In this document: positions 8,180-16,414 of the stretch, in pieces | Position numbering within the stretch: position 1 is the first letter of the stretch | Layout: every line of letters starts with the position of its first letter | DNA from: a virus | Direction: 5' to 3' (one strand) | DNA: 64,000 nucleotides | IMG/VR virus record: IMGVR_UViG_3300025073_000397 | The notes under the pieces: generated by a model | What the model was told of the DNA's origin: nothing | Seen by the model: only the letters and a program-made list of their open reading frames with translations | Database searches by the model: none | Position numbers and translations under genes: made by a program

Positions 8180-11100
8180 TTACACTATCTTGGGTCCATC
8201 GGGCGAGACCGAGCAAGACAAGGTGCAGGTATCATTGGAACAGAACTTCTCGGTCTCCTCATGGACAGCCGAACAGAGATTCAACGGTTTGATCCGCTTG
8301 ACCAACTTCTCGTACTCTTCCTTAGTGATCTCAATGTAAGGTGCCTGCTCATACCCATGGTCTTTTAAGGGGACAAACGATACCCCCTTGAGTCGAGTCT
8401 CAAAAGCTTCCAGACACGTCTTGATATCCTTGACTTCGTGGGGCTGAAAGGAAACAGAGATGCTGACAGCGTTGTCACTCCACTCTCTCTGCAAATCAGC
8501 TGCATTCATCATCTGTTCCCAAATCGTCACGTCCTTCTTCGACTTGGAAAAGTTCTTCTCATGAATGGGGAATGAGACCACAGAAGTCTCCGGGGCGCAT
8601 TTATCAGCTTCAACGAGATATCCTGCCTTGCGGCAAGCCTTGACCAGCGGGGATATGTCAGCCACCCGAACGTTCCTGATGTAGTATTCAGCATGAGGAT
8701 AGTGAATTCCGGGGGTGGCACCAACAACCAAAGAAATTGACCCAGATGGCTTAACGCTTGTGGTCTTAATCGACCGTGGGATGCAAAGCCATTCTGAGTA
8801 AATCTTGTCCAGTTCTGCTACGTACCTGTACCCTTCATCGCACCATCGCAGGTATTCCCGCCTGCCCAACTTCGCCATGGCCTGGACAATACCGGACTGT
8901 GAGCACCCTATCCGCCGATTCCGCATTGCAACCGCATTAGCTCGAAGATCATGTGTGGGAACAAGAGTCACAGTCTTAGCATACAGATAGGCGAACTTCA
9001 GAGTACGTTTAAAATCCTCCAGGGTGTCATGATTAGCAGGGAAGGACTCGACTAGGCAGCAGCACTCATATGCAGTTAAGGTTTGCTCCATGCATTGTGG
9101 TGTGAAGATACCCCCACATTCCATGGCAACTGGGTCGAATGCCGTTACAATCCCAACAGTATGGTTCACATCCACACTCAAATTATAGGCGGGTTCCTCA
9201 TCATCCAAGAAACGCAACGCCTTAACTGTATGATTGTACTCCCCCACAAGAGCCTTTAAGTGCCGAAATCCCCGCACAGCAAAGGGGTTCTGTGTGTGCC
9301 CCTCTCCTTGGAATCTGAAAGCAACCCCTCTCCTTCTGCACTCGTTCTCCCACTCCCGCTTAAGTGGCTCCCTTCCCAATGATACCTGCAATTCCTTGTA
9401 GGTGGAGACCTGATTGTGTCGCACTTGCTGCTGCCGTGCCGCATAACTCCGTCGCAACCCCACTGTTCTCTTTTGGATGTGCTTAGCATTCTTGTTCATA
9501 CAGGAACGGGAGCAAAATTCCGTGCTCCTTCTCCCCCATGGGACTAGACGTTTTTGGCCACATATCTTGCATTCACAAACAACTTGCAGACACCCATCCA
9601 CCCAAGTTGTCTCTAACTCCGTAGTAGCCTCTATCTCCTGGTAGTATTTAGCCAACTCTCGTCTTCGCCACTCGCTCATAGCGCGAGCCGCCCTTACTCG
9701 TTGTGCCTCTGTATGGAATCCCAATTTCTTACGATACTCCGGGTCTTTACACCTCTCCTTAGACTTGGCCCCTATTTTTGCTCTGGTCTCATCAGACTGT
9801 CTTCGGCCCCACATGGGATTCCGTACCCCCACGTTATCCCGTTGCCCATGGAATCTCTCATGATCCTCAAAATACATGATCTCCAAATTGGACGGGGCAT
9901 TGTTCAAGGGATTGTAGTCCCGGTGATGGACCACGATTCCCCCCTTTACCCATCCGGCTACTTTACCTGCATCGTACATCCGTGCCCATTTGTCGGGTTC
10001 CATGAATTTAGCGACCAACCGATGCTCATAAACTTTGTCCGCAGTACAATCCAATGTGTTGCAGTTCACTCTCAGATACCTGTCCTTTCCCTGGACGATA
10101 CATTCTGGACGTTTGGTGAACCTGGGCAGGCTATCCCCAACTTTCATATCTTTGGCCTCACACTTAGTCCCATCCAACCTGACCATCTTGTGGTCGGGTG
10201 TCACCTTTAAAACAGCACCATCATCGAGTACAACCTCCATGAATTTAGCTCGCATCCTCGTCATACGAGGATGCCTGCCAATCTGCACCTCAACCCGCCC
10301 TTCCGCAGTGAGTGAGTAGACAAGGATATCATCCCCCTCATCTGCCAATTGCCGAATAGGCACTGCACCACGCCCATCTGCCACCGCTATAAGGGTACTT
10401 CCAGCGAAACAAGGGTTAGCACCCATCACTCTAGCATCCACATAATTAGGCTTATCCCGCATCCGAGCGTAGGCCCGAGCATTCTCCAACCAGAAGAATC
10501 CTGGCTCCCCATTCGTAGCCGCCAACTCCGCAGTTCTGCTATAATCCATTCCCACCTTAGCCAGGATGGAATTGTTCGAACACCACCTGTGACTATTCAA
10601 TTTGGCCTTATCTTGTTTGAGGCTCATGAACTCCTCATCATCGGGTTCCCCAAACATAGCCTCCGCTGTCCTACGCAAGCCCCCGGACACAACACACTTC
10701 CCGATCAAATTGTAGATGTCCACAATCGTGGCAGTCGTAATCTTGTACGGCTCCCCATCCGCTGGGGTCAATAGCCCCGTTAAATCTCCAATCAAGTTGA
10801 TCAGGGGGTCAGGCCCAGCGGACACACCCCCAAACGTCTTGAGAGGCGAGCCAGCTGGCCGTATCTGCGAGTAGTCTATGCTGGTGGGGTAAAAGCCCTT
10901 TCCCACAAAGGAATTCAAGACTACCCGTAGTAATTCAACCCACCCTTCCCGACTATCATCCACCACATAAGGCTTGTCGGTATACCGGGGGACCTGAATC
11001 TTGACTTTCCCCGCCCCCCTTACATCCCCCGATATCCCAACACCCAGCATCGAGAAATCCATTAGGAAACAGAAAGGCCCAGCAAAGTCTACATCTATGT

Positions 11101-11578
11101 CTTTCGTACTGGAAAGCCCACAGTTCATTAAGCAGGCGCTACCCTTCTTCTCCACAATGTCTGTCCCCATCCCCCAGAGACCCCTCCCTGGAGGCAGGAA
11201 CTTGAACTGCCACATACGAGTGTACATCTCTTGCGCTGAATTCTGGGCTTTGGCTTCGTCCCAAGGGAGCTTCAGATCCCAACAGTGCCTCTTTTGGATG
11301 TTGTAGACGCCCTCCACTACACGCCTGCAAGTCTCCCGGAACTCCTCTGTAGTACCATCTGGTTGAGTTCTGGCGTAGGTCCTCTTAAAAATGAAATACC
11401 CAAGACCCCCATACCCCCACTCTGGCTGTTTGCCTGCGAACTGGTCAAGGAACGACTGAGATATCTTGAAGACCCGGACCTTTCTGTCACTCGGAGAATA
11501 GAACTCTGACATGATTGGTTGTGCCCTTTCAGTGTAGGAGATTAGCTCAATGGATTCTGCATCGTCCCAATTGACCAC
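8180..11578 (-). CDS. nrdJ: class II (adenosylcobalamin-type) ribonucleotide reductase NrdJ, interrupted by an intein
   Basis: 1132 aa. Class II RNR blocks FLPPGRGLWGMGT, SACLMNCGL, GEPGFFWLENARAY, ...VMGANP|C. After the insert the extein resumes with CMEQTLTAYECCCLVESF, matching NPCxE...YExCNLGSI. The spliced size would be about 693 aa. Confidence 0.85.
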   Translation of the reverse strand: MVNWDDAESIELISYTERAQPIMSEFYSPSDRKVRVFKISQSFLDQFAGKQPEWGYGGLGYFIFKRTYARTQPDGTTEEFRETCRRVVEGVYNIQKRHCWDLKLPWDEAKAQNSAQEMYTRMWQFKFLPPGRGLWGMGTDIVEKKGSACLMNCGLSSTKDIDVDFAGPFCFLMDFSMLGVGISGDVRGAGKVKIQVPRYTDKPYVVDDSREGWVELLRVVLNSFVGKGFYPTSIDYSQIRPAGSPLKTFGGVSAGPDPLINLIGDLTGLLTPADGEPYKITTATIVDIYNLIGKCVVSGGLRRTAEAMFGEPDDEEFMSLKQDKAKLNSHRWCSNNSILAKVGMDYSRTAELAATNGEPGFFWLENARAYARMRDKPNYVDARVMGANPCFAGSTLIAVADGRGAVPIRQLADEGDDILVYSLTAEGRVEVQIGRHPRMTRMRAKFMEVVLDDGAVLKVTPDHKMVRLDGTKCEAKDMKVGDSLPRFTKRPECIVQGKDRYLRVNCNTLDCTADKVYEHRLVAKFMEPDKWARMYDAGKVAGWVKGGIVVHHRDYNPLNNAPSNLEIMYFEDHERFHGQRDNVGVRNPMWGRRQSDETRAKIGAKSKERCKDPEYRKKLGFHTEAQRVRAARAMSEWRRRELAKYYQEIEATTELETTWVDGCLQVVCECKICGQKRLVPWGRRSTEFCSRSCMNKNAKHIQKRTVGLRRSYAARQQQVRHNQVSTYKELQVSLGREPLKREWENECRRRGVAFRFQGEGHTQNPFAVRGFRHLKALVGEYNHTVKALRFLDDEEPAYNLSVDVNHTVGIVTAFDPVAMECGGIFTPQCMEQTLTAYECCCLVESFPANHDTLEDFKRTLKFAYLYAKTVTLVPTHDLRANAVAMRNRRIGCSQSGIVQAMAKLGRREYLRWCDEGYRYVAELDKIYSEWLCIPRSIKTTSVKPSGSISLVVGATPGIHYPHAEYYIRNVRVADISPLVKACRKAGYLVEADKCAPETSVVSFPIHEKNFSKSKKDVTIWEQMMNAADLQREWSDNAVSISVSFQPHEVKDIKTCLEAFETRLKGVSFVPLKDHGYEQAPYIEITKEEYEKLVKRIKPLNLCSAVHEETEKFCSNDTCTLSCSVSPDGPKIV
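9095..10411 (-). mobile_element. intein (~439 aa) with HNH homing-endonuclease domain, inserted at the RNR NP|C active site
   Basis: Block A is CFAGSTLIAVADG (compare Sce VMA CFAKGTNVLMADG). The HNH motif is VVHHRDYNPLNNAPSNLEIMYFEDHERFHG. Block F is AYNLSVDVNHTVGIV. Block G is GGIFTPQ followed by Cys+1, a C-terminal Gln instead of Asn, as in a minority of inteins. Boundaries were inferred by eye. Confidence 0.6.
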
Positions 11579-11900
11579 GCCAAATCAAACTGGCCGGAGT
11601 CAATGGCCTCATTATCTTCTTAGACAAACGCCCTTTTAAAGCAGCCACCTTCTCCCCTGCGGTAGGAAACCATGCCCAATCCGAGACTCGAATTCGAATA
11701 GTGCCGCCTCTAGTCGTGAGGTCATCCACTACAGCCAAGACATCTATGGCTTGGTGGCTATTCAACTCATGAGGTAAATCTGAGTCATAGTTGTGGTGGT
11801 TCCTAATCCAGGCACCCACCGCTGCCTTTGTCTTCTTCCACTTTTTTCTGTCGAAGATTAAAGTTTCTTCATGACTTCCAACTACCTTCTGTATCGGCAT
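11547..11900 (-). CDS. hypothetical protein
   Basis: 117-aa ORF that overlaps the nrdJ start by 32 nt, with ATGA-type packing against holA. Confidence 0.4.
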   Translation of the reverse strand: MPIQKVVGSHEETLIFDRKKWKKTKAAVGAWIRNHHNYDSDLPHELNSHQAIDVLAVVDDLTTRGGTIRIRVSDWAWFPTAGEKVAALKGRLSKKIMRPLTPASLIWRGQLGRCRIH

Positions 11901-12901
11901 CAGAATGCCCCCACTATCCCACAGGTAAGTGCAGCCCAGGGATCAATCCCCCCAGATAGCACCGCTTCTTCCGCTTTTGCCATTCCCGATAGCAACCTGT
12001 TCAGCCCCTTCTCCCCCCATGCTCTAGCAAAGGGAAGTATCGTGTTACTGTACCGCCAAGGATGCACTCCAACTACAGGTGCAGCGTCCCTCGCTTGTAT
12101 ACCCCTCTTCTCCAGGTTGGCCGCTTGCAGGCACAAGTAAAGATGGGATGCCAATATCCGTATCACCATCATGGCCTTATCTGCCCCACCTGTAGCCCTA
12201 ATCCTATCCAACACCTTGATCACCAATACCTTATTCCGCATCCCCAAGGCATCTGTCAGCTTAAAAACAGAAGTCTCCATGAGGACAGCCTTGGTCCGCG
12301 CTATGTCCTCACCAAGTATCTCTGTCTTTCCGTGTGCCTGGACAAACAAGGCTGCCTTGAACATCTCAAATGAAAGAACCCCAAAGTCTGACCCCAAGAG
12401 CGAAACCATGGCTCCAGCTGTCTTTTCGTTCAAGGTAAGACCGTACCTCGTGGCCTCCTTCACGCAGAACTGTGTCGCAACGGCATCCATCTTAAATGGG
12501 GGGGGCTCATCTACCTGAATGACTCGTTTCTTTTCTATCTCTGCTGCTAGCTTCGCAAACCCAGACTTGGCCGGAGCCGTCCCAGGACAACAAAAGACTA
12601 GAGCCAGCCCTGAATCGGGGCTCTTCAGATAATCCCGAACCAACTCGTCATCCAGGGACCCCTTGGGGACGTTCACCACAATCAACCGATTGGCTTCCCC
12701 CATCATTGACATGATCCCAGATAAGGTGGTAGGCAACTCGGACGGATCATCTTCGTACTCTACTTGCCAGTCGCCCCCTTCGAACAAAGCAACATAGTCT
12801 TGCACCACTCGACGGCGTAAGAAGTCGTGACTACCTGAAACCATCAGGATTGGAAAAGGTTTCTTAGCCATTAGCCCCCCAGGAGAGCGTTGATAACCCA
12901 C
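11900..12901 (-). CDS. DNA polymerase III delta (HolA)-like clamp-loader subunit
   Basis: 333 aa. General HolA-like architecture with a helical C-terminal half (AMMVIRILASHLYLCLQAANLEKRG). It is adjacent to and overlapping an SRC-motif AAA+ gene. The call rests on memory of the family only. Confidence 0.5.
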   Translation of the reverse strand: MGYQRSPGGLMAKKPFPILMVSGSHDFLRRRVVQDYVALFEGGDWQVEYEDDPSELPTTLSGIMSMMGEANRLIVVNVPKGSLDDELVRDYLKSPDSGLALVFCCPGTAPAKSGFAKLAAEIEKKRVIQVDEPPPFKMDAVATQFCVKEATRYGLTLNEKTAGAMVSLLGSDFGVLSFEMFKAALFVQAHGKTEILGEDIARTKAVLMETSVFKLTDALGMRNKVLVIKVLDRIRATGGADKAMMVIRILASHLYLCLQAANLEKRGIQARDAAPVVGVHPWRYSNTILPFARAWGEKGLNRLLSGMAKAEEAVLSGGIDPWAALTCGIVGAF

Positions 12902-13497
12902 AATTCAGTTGGGGGACTGTACTTAGCTGCTTTCCGTACTCTAGACCAAAGGACAGAGTATCGATCCCTCTCCTGTGATGCTGCCTCTACAATCAATTCC
13001 AAAAGATCAGCCAAATGTTCCTTATGCTCATGAATCAGAACGATCATCTCAGCCGTCCGGCCCTCTATAAGGTTGTCTAATACCATCCTCCCATCCCGAA
13101 CTACATCTGGGTCTCTTTCCACGTCCCCATTGATCCAATGGACAAGACATCGTGACCGGATAGTATCCATGACCGATCCTACATCCTTTGCCCATAAGAG
13201 TAGCATAACTGAATCTGTGGTCCCATCCTCCACGGACTTCAACAGCACGTCTTGGGATTTCTGTGCAGCCTTATCTAGAGGCCCAACCAGTATGCAACCA
13301 ACTCCTGCCCCTAAAGGCGGGTTTCGGAGGAGACCAACAACTTCTCTTGCATCATCCACTTTGAGACCATCTCTACCAAATTCCCCAATGATCCTACCGA
13401 TCCCTTCGGCAATAGCCTTGACCCCCGATTCTGCTGCAGGCCCGTGGAATAGCAAACTTGAAGGCACGAAAGACACCCCCCTGGCAATAACAACCAC
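12871..13497 (-). CDS. clamp-loader AAA+ subunit (delta-prime/HolB-like, short)
   Basis: 208 aa. LLFHGPAAESG is a degenerate P-loop in the delta-prime position; TIRSRC is the clamp-loader SRC motif. Confidence 0.55.
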   Translation of the reverse strand: MVVIARGVSFVPSSLLFHGPAAESGVKAIAEGIGRIIGEFGRDGLKVDDAREVVGLLRNPPLGAGVGCILVGPLDKAAQKSQDVLLKSVEDGTTDSVMLLLWAKDVGSVMDTIRSRCLVHWINGDVERDPDVVRDGRMVLDNLIEGRTAEMIVLIHEHKEHLADLLELIVEAASQERDRYSVLWSRVRKAAKYSPPTELWVINALLGG

Positions 13498-13688
13498 TAC
13501 TCTATTCCTGGAGTACTAGAAACCAATATGGAAGGGGCGATTGCAACTGGTGCACAAATAACGCACAAACCTTCCTTTCTGATTCTCCACCCGAAACACC
13601 AGCTTGGCTTGTTGGCCTTTGCAATTTGGAGTAGCCCTACAAGATATCCACACAATCTGCTCTTCACCGGGTTTCGGTTGGATCCCAC
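13497..13688 (-). CDS. small Cys-rich hypothetical protein
   Basis: 63-aa ORF that exactly fills the gap between two co-oriented genes, with starts and stops abutting. Confidence 0.3.
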   Translation of the reverse strand: MGSNRNPVKSRLCGYLVGLLQIAKANKPSWCFGWRIRKEGLCVICAPVAIAPSILVSSTPGIE

Positions 13689-14267
13689 TCATGATGGTAT
13701 ATATCCTTGTTCCTGGAAACTCAATAGTAACTTCCCGTGGTAATACACCACAAGCTCATCATACCGCCCAGCGGACAATAAATCCGCTAGGTAGGGAAGG
13801 CTCAACTGGTTCGTCTCATCTTGAAGGACAGGAACCACAGCTCTTTCCCACCGATCCCAAGAGACATAGAAAGGAAAGTAGCGATCATCCGCTTCTTGCA
13901 GAGCGGGTGTAGCAGTTCTCGCTACTTGAACTCGATCAGAGGGGGCTGCCACATTGGTAGTGGGGAAATTACAATGAGCCCTACCAGCAAGTAGGTAGAG
14001 AACCCCCACTGCTAATCTCTCGCCTAAAGCAGCAGCCGCTGAGAATTCATTGGGGTGAAGGGTAGATGGCCTAGTCACAGAAGTCCCATAACGAGTCCTA
14101 AAGACATCCGATGACCCTGGATTATTGTTCGCCCCAGTAACCGAATCCATCACTGAGACATCAGAAACCATCCCAGTACAAGCAATTCCTCTTGTCCTAG
14201 GGTTGATGATCTGTCCAGTCCTAGGGTCTGTAGGGACCATAGTGAAAGATTTCTTAGCCATCTCCAC
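13689..14267 (-). CDS. hypothetical protein
   Basis: 192-aa ORF, co-oriented, downstream of a 755-bp non-coding region. Confidence 0.5.
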   Translation of the reverse strand: MEMAKKSFTMVPTDPRTGQIINPRTRGIACTGMVSDVSVMDSVTGANNNPGSSDVFRTRYGTSVTRPSTLHPNEFSAAAALGERLAVGVLYLLAGRAHCNFPTTNVAAPSDRVQVARTATPALQEADDRYFPFYVSWDRWERAVVPVLQDETNQLSLPYLADLLSAGRYDELVVYYHGKLLLSFQEQGYIPS

Positions 14268-15022
14268 CCCCCTCCCACTTCAGGTCAGTCTATTGACTGG
14301 AAAATGGCTCTTTTGAGCAAACCTTTCCCAATCCCACCGAACGTGGGCCGTACTGGGTTCTCAGGATGGGTACAAATAAGAGTCGTTTCTTATCAATCAG
14401 CCTGTGTCAGGGACCATTCCGGTCAGGACGTCGGCAATCAAATTGAAATTTCAAGTAGGAGTAGGTTCGTGTGTATCATAATAATGAGTATGATAAGTAG
14501 GATAGTGATTTAGACGATCTAACTACCGTTAGATCTCTTACTACTCTACATTGAGTAGTCCCTTTGATCCAAGCGATAGGTCGTTCAGGGAAATCCCTTT
14601 ATGGAAATCCCGTGGGCTATCCAGAGCCAATCTGCAAGACTGGAGAATCGCTGATTCTCACCTCCTGCTATTTGGATTGGAACTCCCACACTCGCCATGC
14701 CTTCTCTACAAGAAGGTTCAGGCAGCATCGTCGCGTAGCCTTTTTACTGCAACTTACATCCTGAGAAGGCGCTACACCCAACTCCCCAACCCTTTCGGAT
14801 TTCCCGTCTCGTAACCCCTGATGTGTAAAAGGTCTACCACCAGAGTATCCATCCGGCGAATCCCCAAGAGACTTCCAAAGAGACCGTCGTGGTGTCACCG
14901 GAACTCAAGATGCCCTATTTGTCAAAGAGCGTGCTGATGAATTCATAAGGTTCATCCCTGTTCACACAGGGGATACTGGGACTCATACTCCAATGGGAAA
15001 GGCTGTCAAGAACTTTTGTTGA

Positions 15023-16231
15023 CTATCCACTGAAAAAACTAGAAGGTGCATAATGGGTAGAAGGAACAGGGAATCCATTGAAAGTAGACGCGTAACCAAG
15101 AGTGTAAGCGCCTGCGTTGATGATGTAGACTCGGTCTCCAATCTCCACAGAACTCATCTCCTTATCTCGGAACATGACGTCCACACTATCACAAGATGGG
15201 CCTGCTATTGTGTATATTTCTTGTTTGGCCGTATCTGGAGAGATGGTATCCTTTCTTGTGAGGATCTTGTAATTGAACCCACAAGAGGTTTCCATGAGTC
15301 CGTTAAAGACTCCAACATCCAGATACACCCAAGTCTTACCCTTGTAGATTCGTTTTGAGACTACTTCGGCAACCATGACCCCTGCATCCCCAACCAATCC
15401 TCTACCAGGCTCTATGATCAATTTGGGGCTATGGGGGAATTCCGTGGCTATGAAGTCTCGGATTGTCCTTCCGATCACATCCATAGATGGAATAGTCTTA
15501 AGGTGCTGAATTGGGAACCCACCCCCCATATTGATCCAACCTAAATGGATACCTGCTTCTGAACAGTCTTGATAGATGTCTCTAACCATGGACAAGGCAT
15601 GCGTCCAATTTTCAGTAGACAAAGATTGTGACCCCGGGTGGAAAGCTATTCCGAGAGGTTGCAACCCTGCTTGTTGGATCTGTTTGAGTAGTGAGCAAGC
15701 TTCATTGGGGGCACACCCAAACTTTTCAGACAGTGGCCAATCCGATGCCTTTCCACCCACGTCTACTCGCACGAAGATCTTAGCGTTCGGGGCGACGGCC
15801 TTGAATTTAGCTATCTCAGATGGGGAGTCCATTGAAAAGACTCGCACTCCTCTATCGTACATCTTCTGTAGGTGGGTTAGCTTCCTGAAAGGTGCACTAT
15901 GTATGATGGTTTCAGGCGGGGCACCCAAACCCAATAGCTTCTCTACTTCATACCAAGATGCCGTCTCGAACTTCCCTATTCCCTGGCTGAGAAGCCGGTG
16001 AATGACATGAGGGTCAGAGTTAGCTTTGATGGCATAGTGGATATCGGCATCCGGGAGAGCATGGTGGAGCTTCCACAGATTAGCCTCTACCAGAGATAGA
16101 TCCAGGTAGAGGAAGGGGGTCTCGAAGGCGTCAGTCTGGTGGATGATTTCGGGAGTGAGTTCCAAGGGATTGCCCTCGCTGGTGTCGTGTAGCCACACGA
16201 ATTGGGGAAGGTGCCATGCCATCGTCGGCAT
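15023..16231 (-). CDS. PLP-dependent decarboxylase, fold type III (ornithine/diaminopimelate/arginine decarboxylase family)
   Basis: 402 aa. The PLP-lysine motif is HYAIKAN, the Gly-rich loop is GGGFP, then EPGR, and the substrate-Cys motif is IAGPSCDSVD. Confidence 0.85.
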   Translation of the reverse strand: MPTMAWHLPQFVWLHDTSEGNPLELTPEIIHQTDAFETPFLYLDLSLVEANLWKLHHALPDADIHYAIKANSDPHVIHRLLSQGIGKFETASWYEVEKLLGLGAPPETIIHSAPFRKLTHLQKMYDRGVRVFSMDSPSEIAKFKAVAPNAKIFVRVDVGGKASDWPLSEKFGCAPNEACSLLKQIQQAGLQPLGIAFHPGSQSLSTENWTHALSMVRDIYQDCSEAGIHLGWINMGGGFPIQHLKTIPSMDVIGRTIRDFIATEFPHSPKLIIEPGRGLVGDAGVMVAEVVSKRIYKGKTWVYLDVGVFNGLMETSCGFNYKILTRKDTISPDTAKQEIYTIAGPSCDSVDVMFRDKEMSSVEIGDRVYIINAGAYTLGYASTFNGFPVPSTHYAPSSFFSG

Positions 16232-16409
16232 ACCGGAAAGGAAATAACTTCAGCACCCTTGGAAGGGTTCGTGGTCTATCTGGGCGGGTCACTGTGATGG
16301 TAGGCATCCCGTGTTCATCCCAACCCAAACTAGTGATTACTCCGTGCTTGTTCTTGAACTTTCCAAATAGTACATTGTCCCCCACTTTGGGGAGTCGCAA
16401 TCCAGGCAT
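16131..16409 (-). CDS. small hypothetical protein (KOW/Tudor-like GDxV...GxV pattern), overlaps the decarboxylase start
   Basis: 92 aa. It starts 6 nt after the upstream gene stop, and VGDNVLFGKFKNKHGVITSL looks like a genuine small beta-barrel motif. The last ~33 codons overlap the decarboxylase N-terminus in another frame. Confidence 0.35.
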   Translation of the reverse strand: MPGLRLPKVGDNVLFGKFKNKHGVITSLGWDEHGMPTITVTRPDRPRTLPRVLKLFPFRYADDGMAPSPIRVATRHQRGQSLGTHSRNHPPD

Positions 16410-16414
16410 TGATG

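Noticed and set aside
10150-10175. Alternative intein C-terminus at ...SVDVN|HTV
   Set aside because: The +1 residue would be His, which is not C/S/T. The GGIFTPQ|C junction aligns with block G (NGILVHN|C) and restores the NPCxE spacing to YECCCL.
9701-10774. Several plus-strand ORFs (169, 94 and 141 aa) inside the nrdJ locus
   Set aside because: All are antisense to a gene with strong RNR and intein motifs, and have no motifs of their own.
14268-15022. Possible tRNA or tmRNA in the non-coding island
   Set aside because: No GTTCRANYC T-loop, no acceptor/CCA-like ends and no cloverleaf could be assembled by eye. This needs tRNAscan or Infernal to exclude formally.
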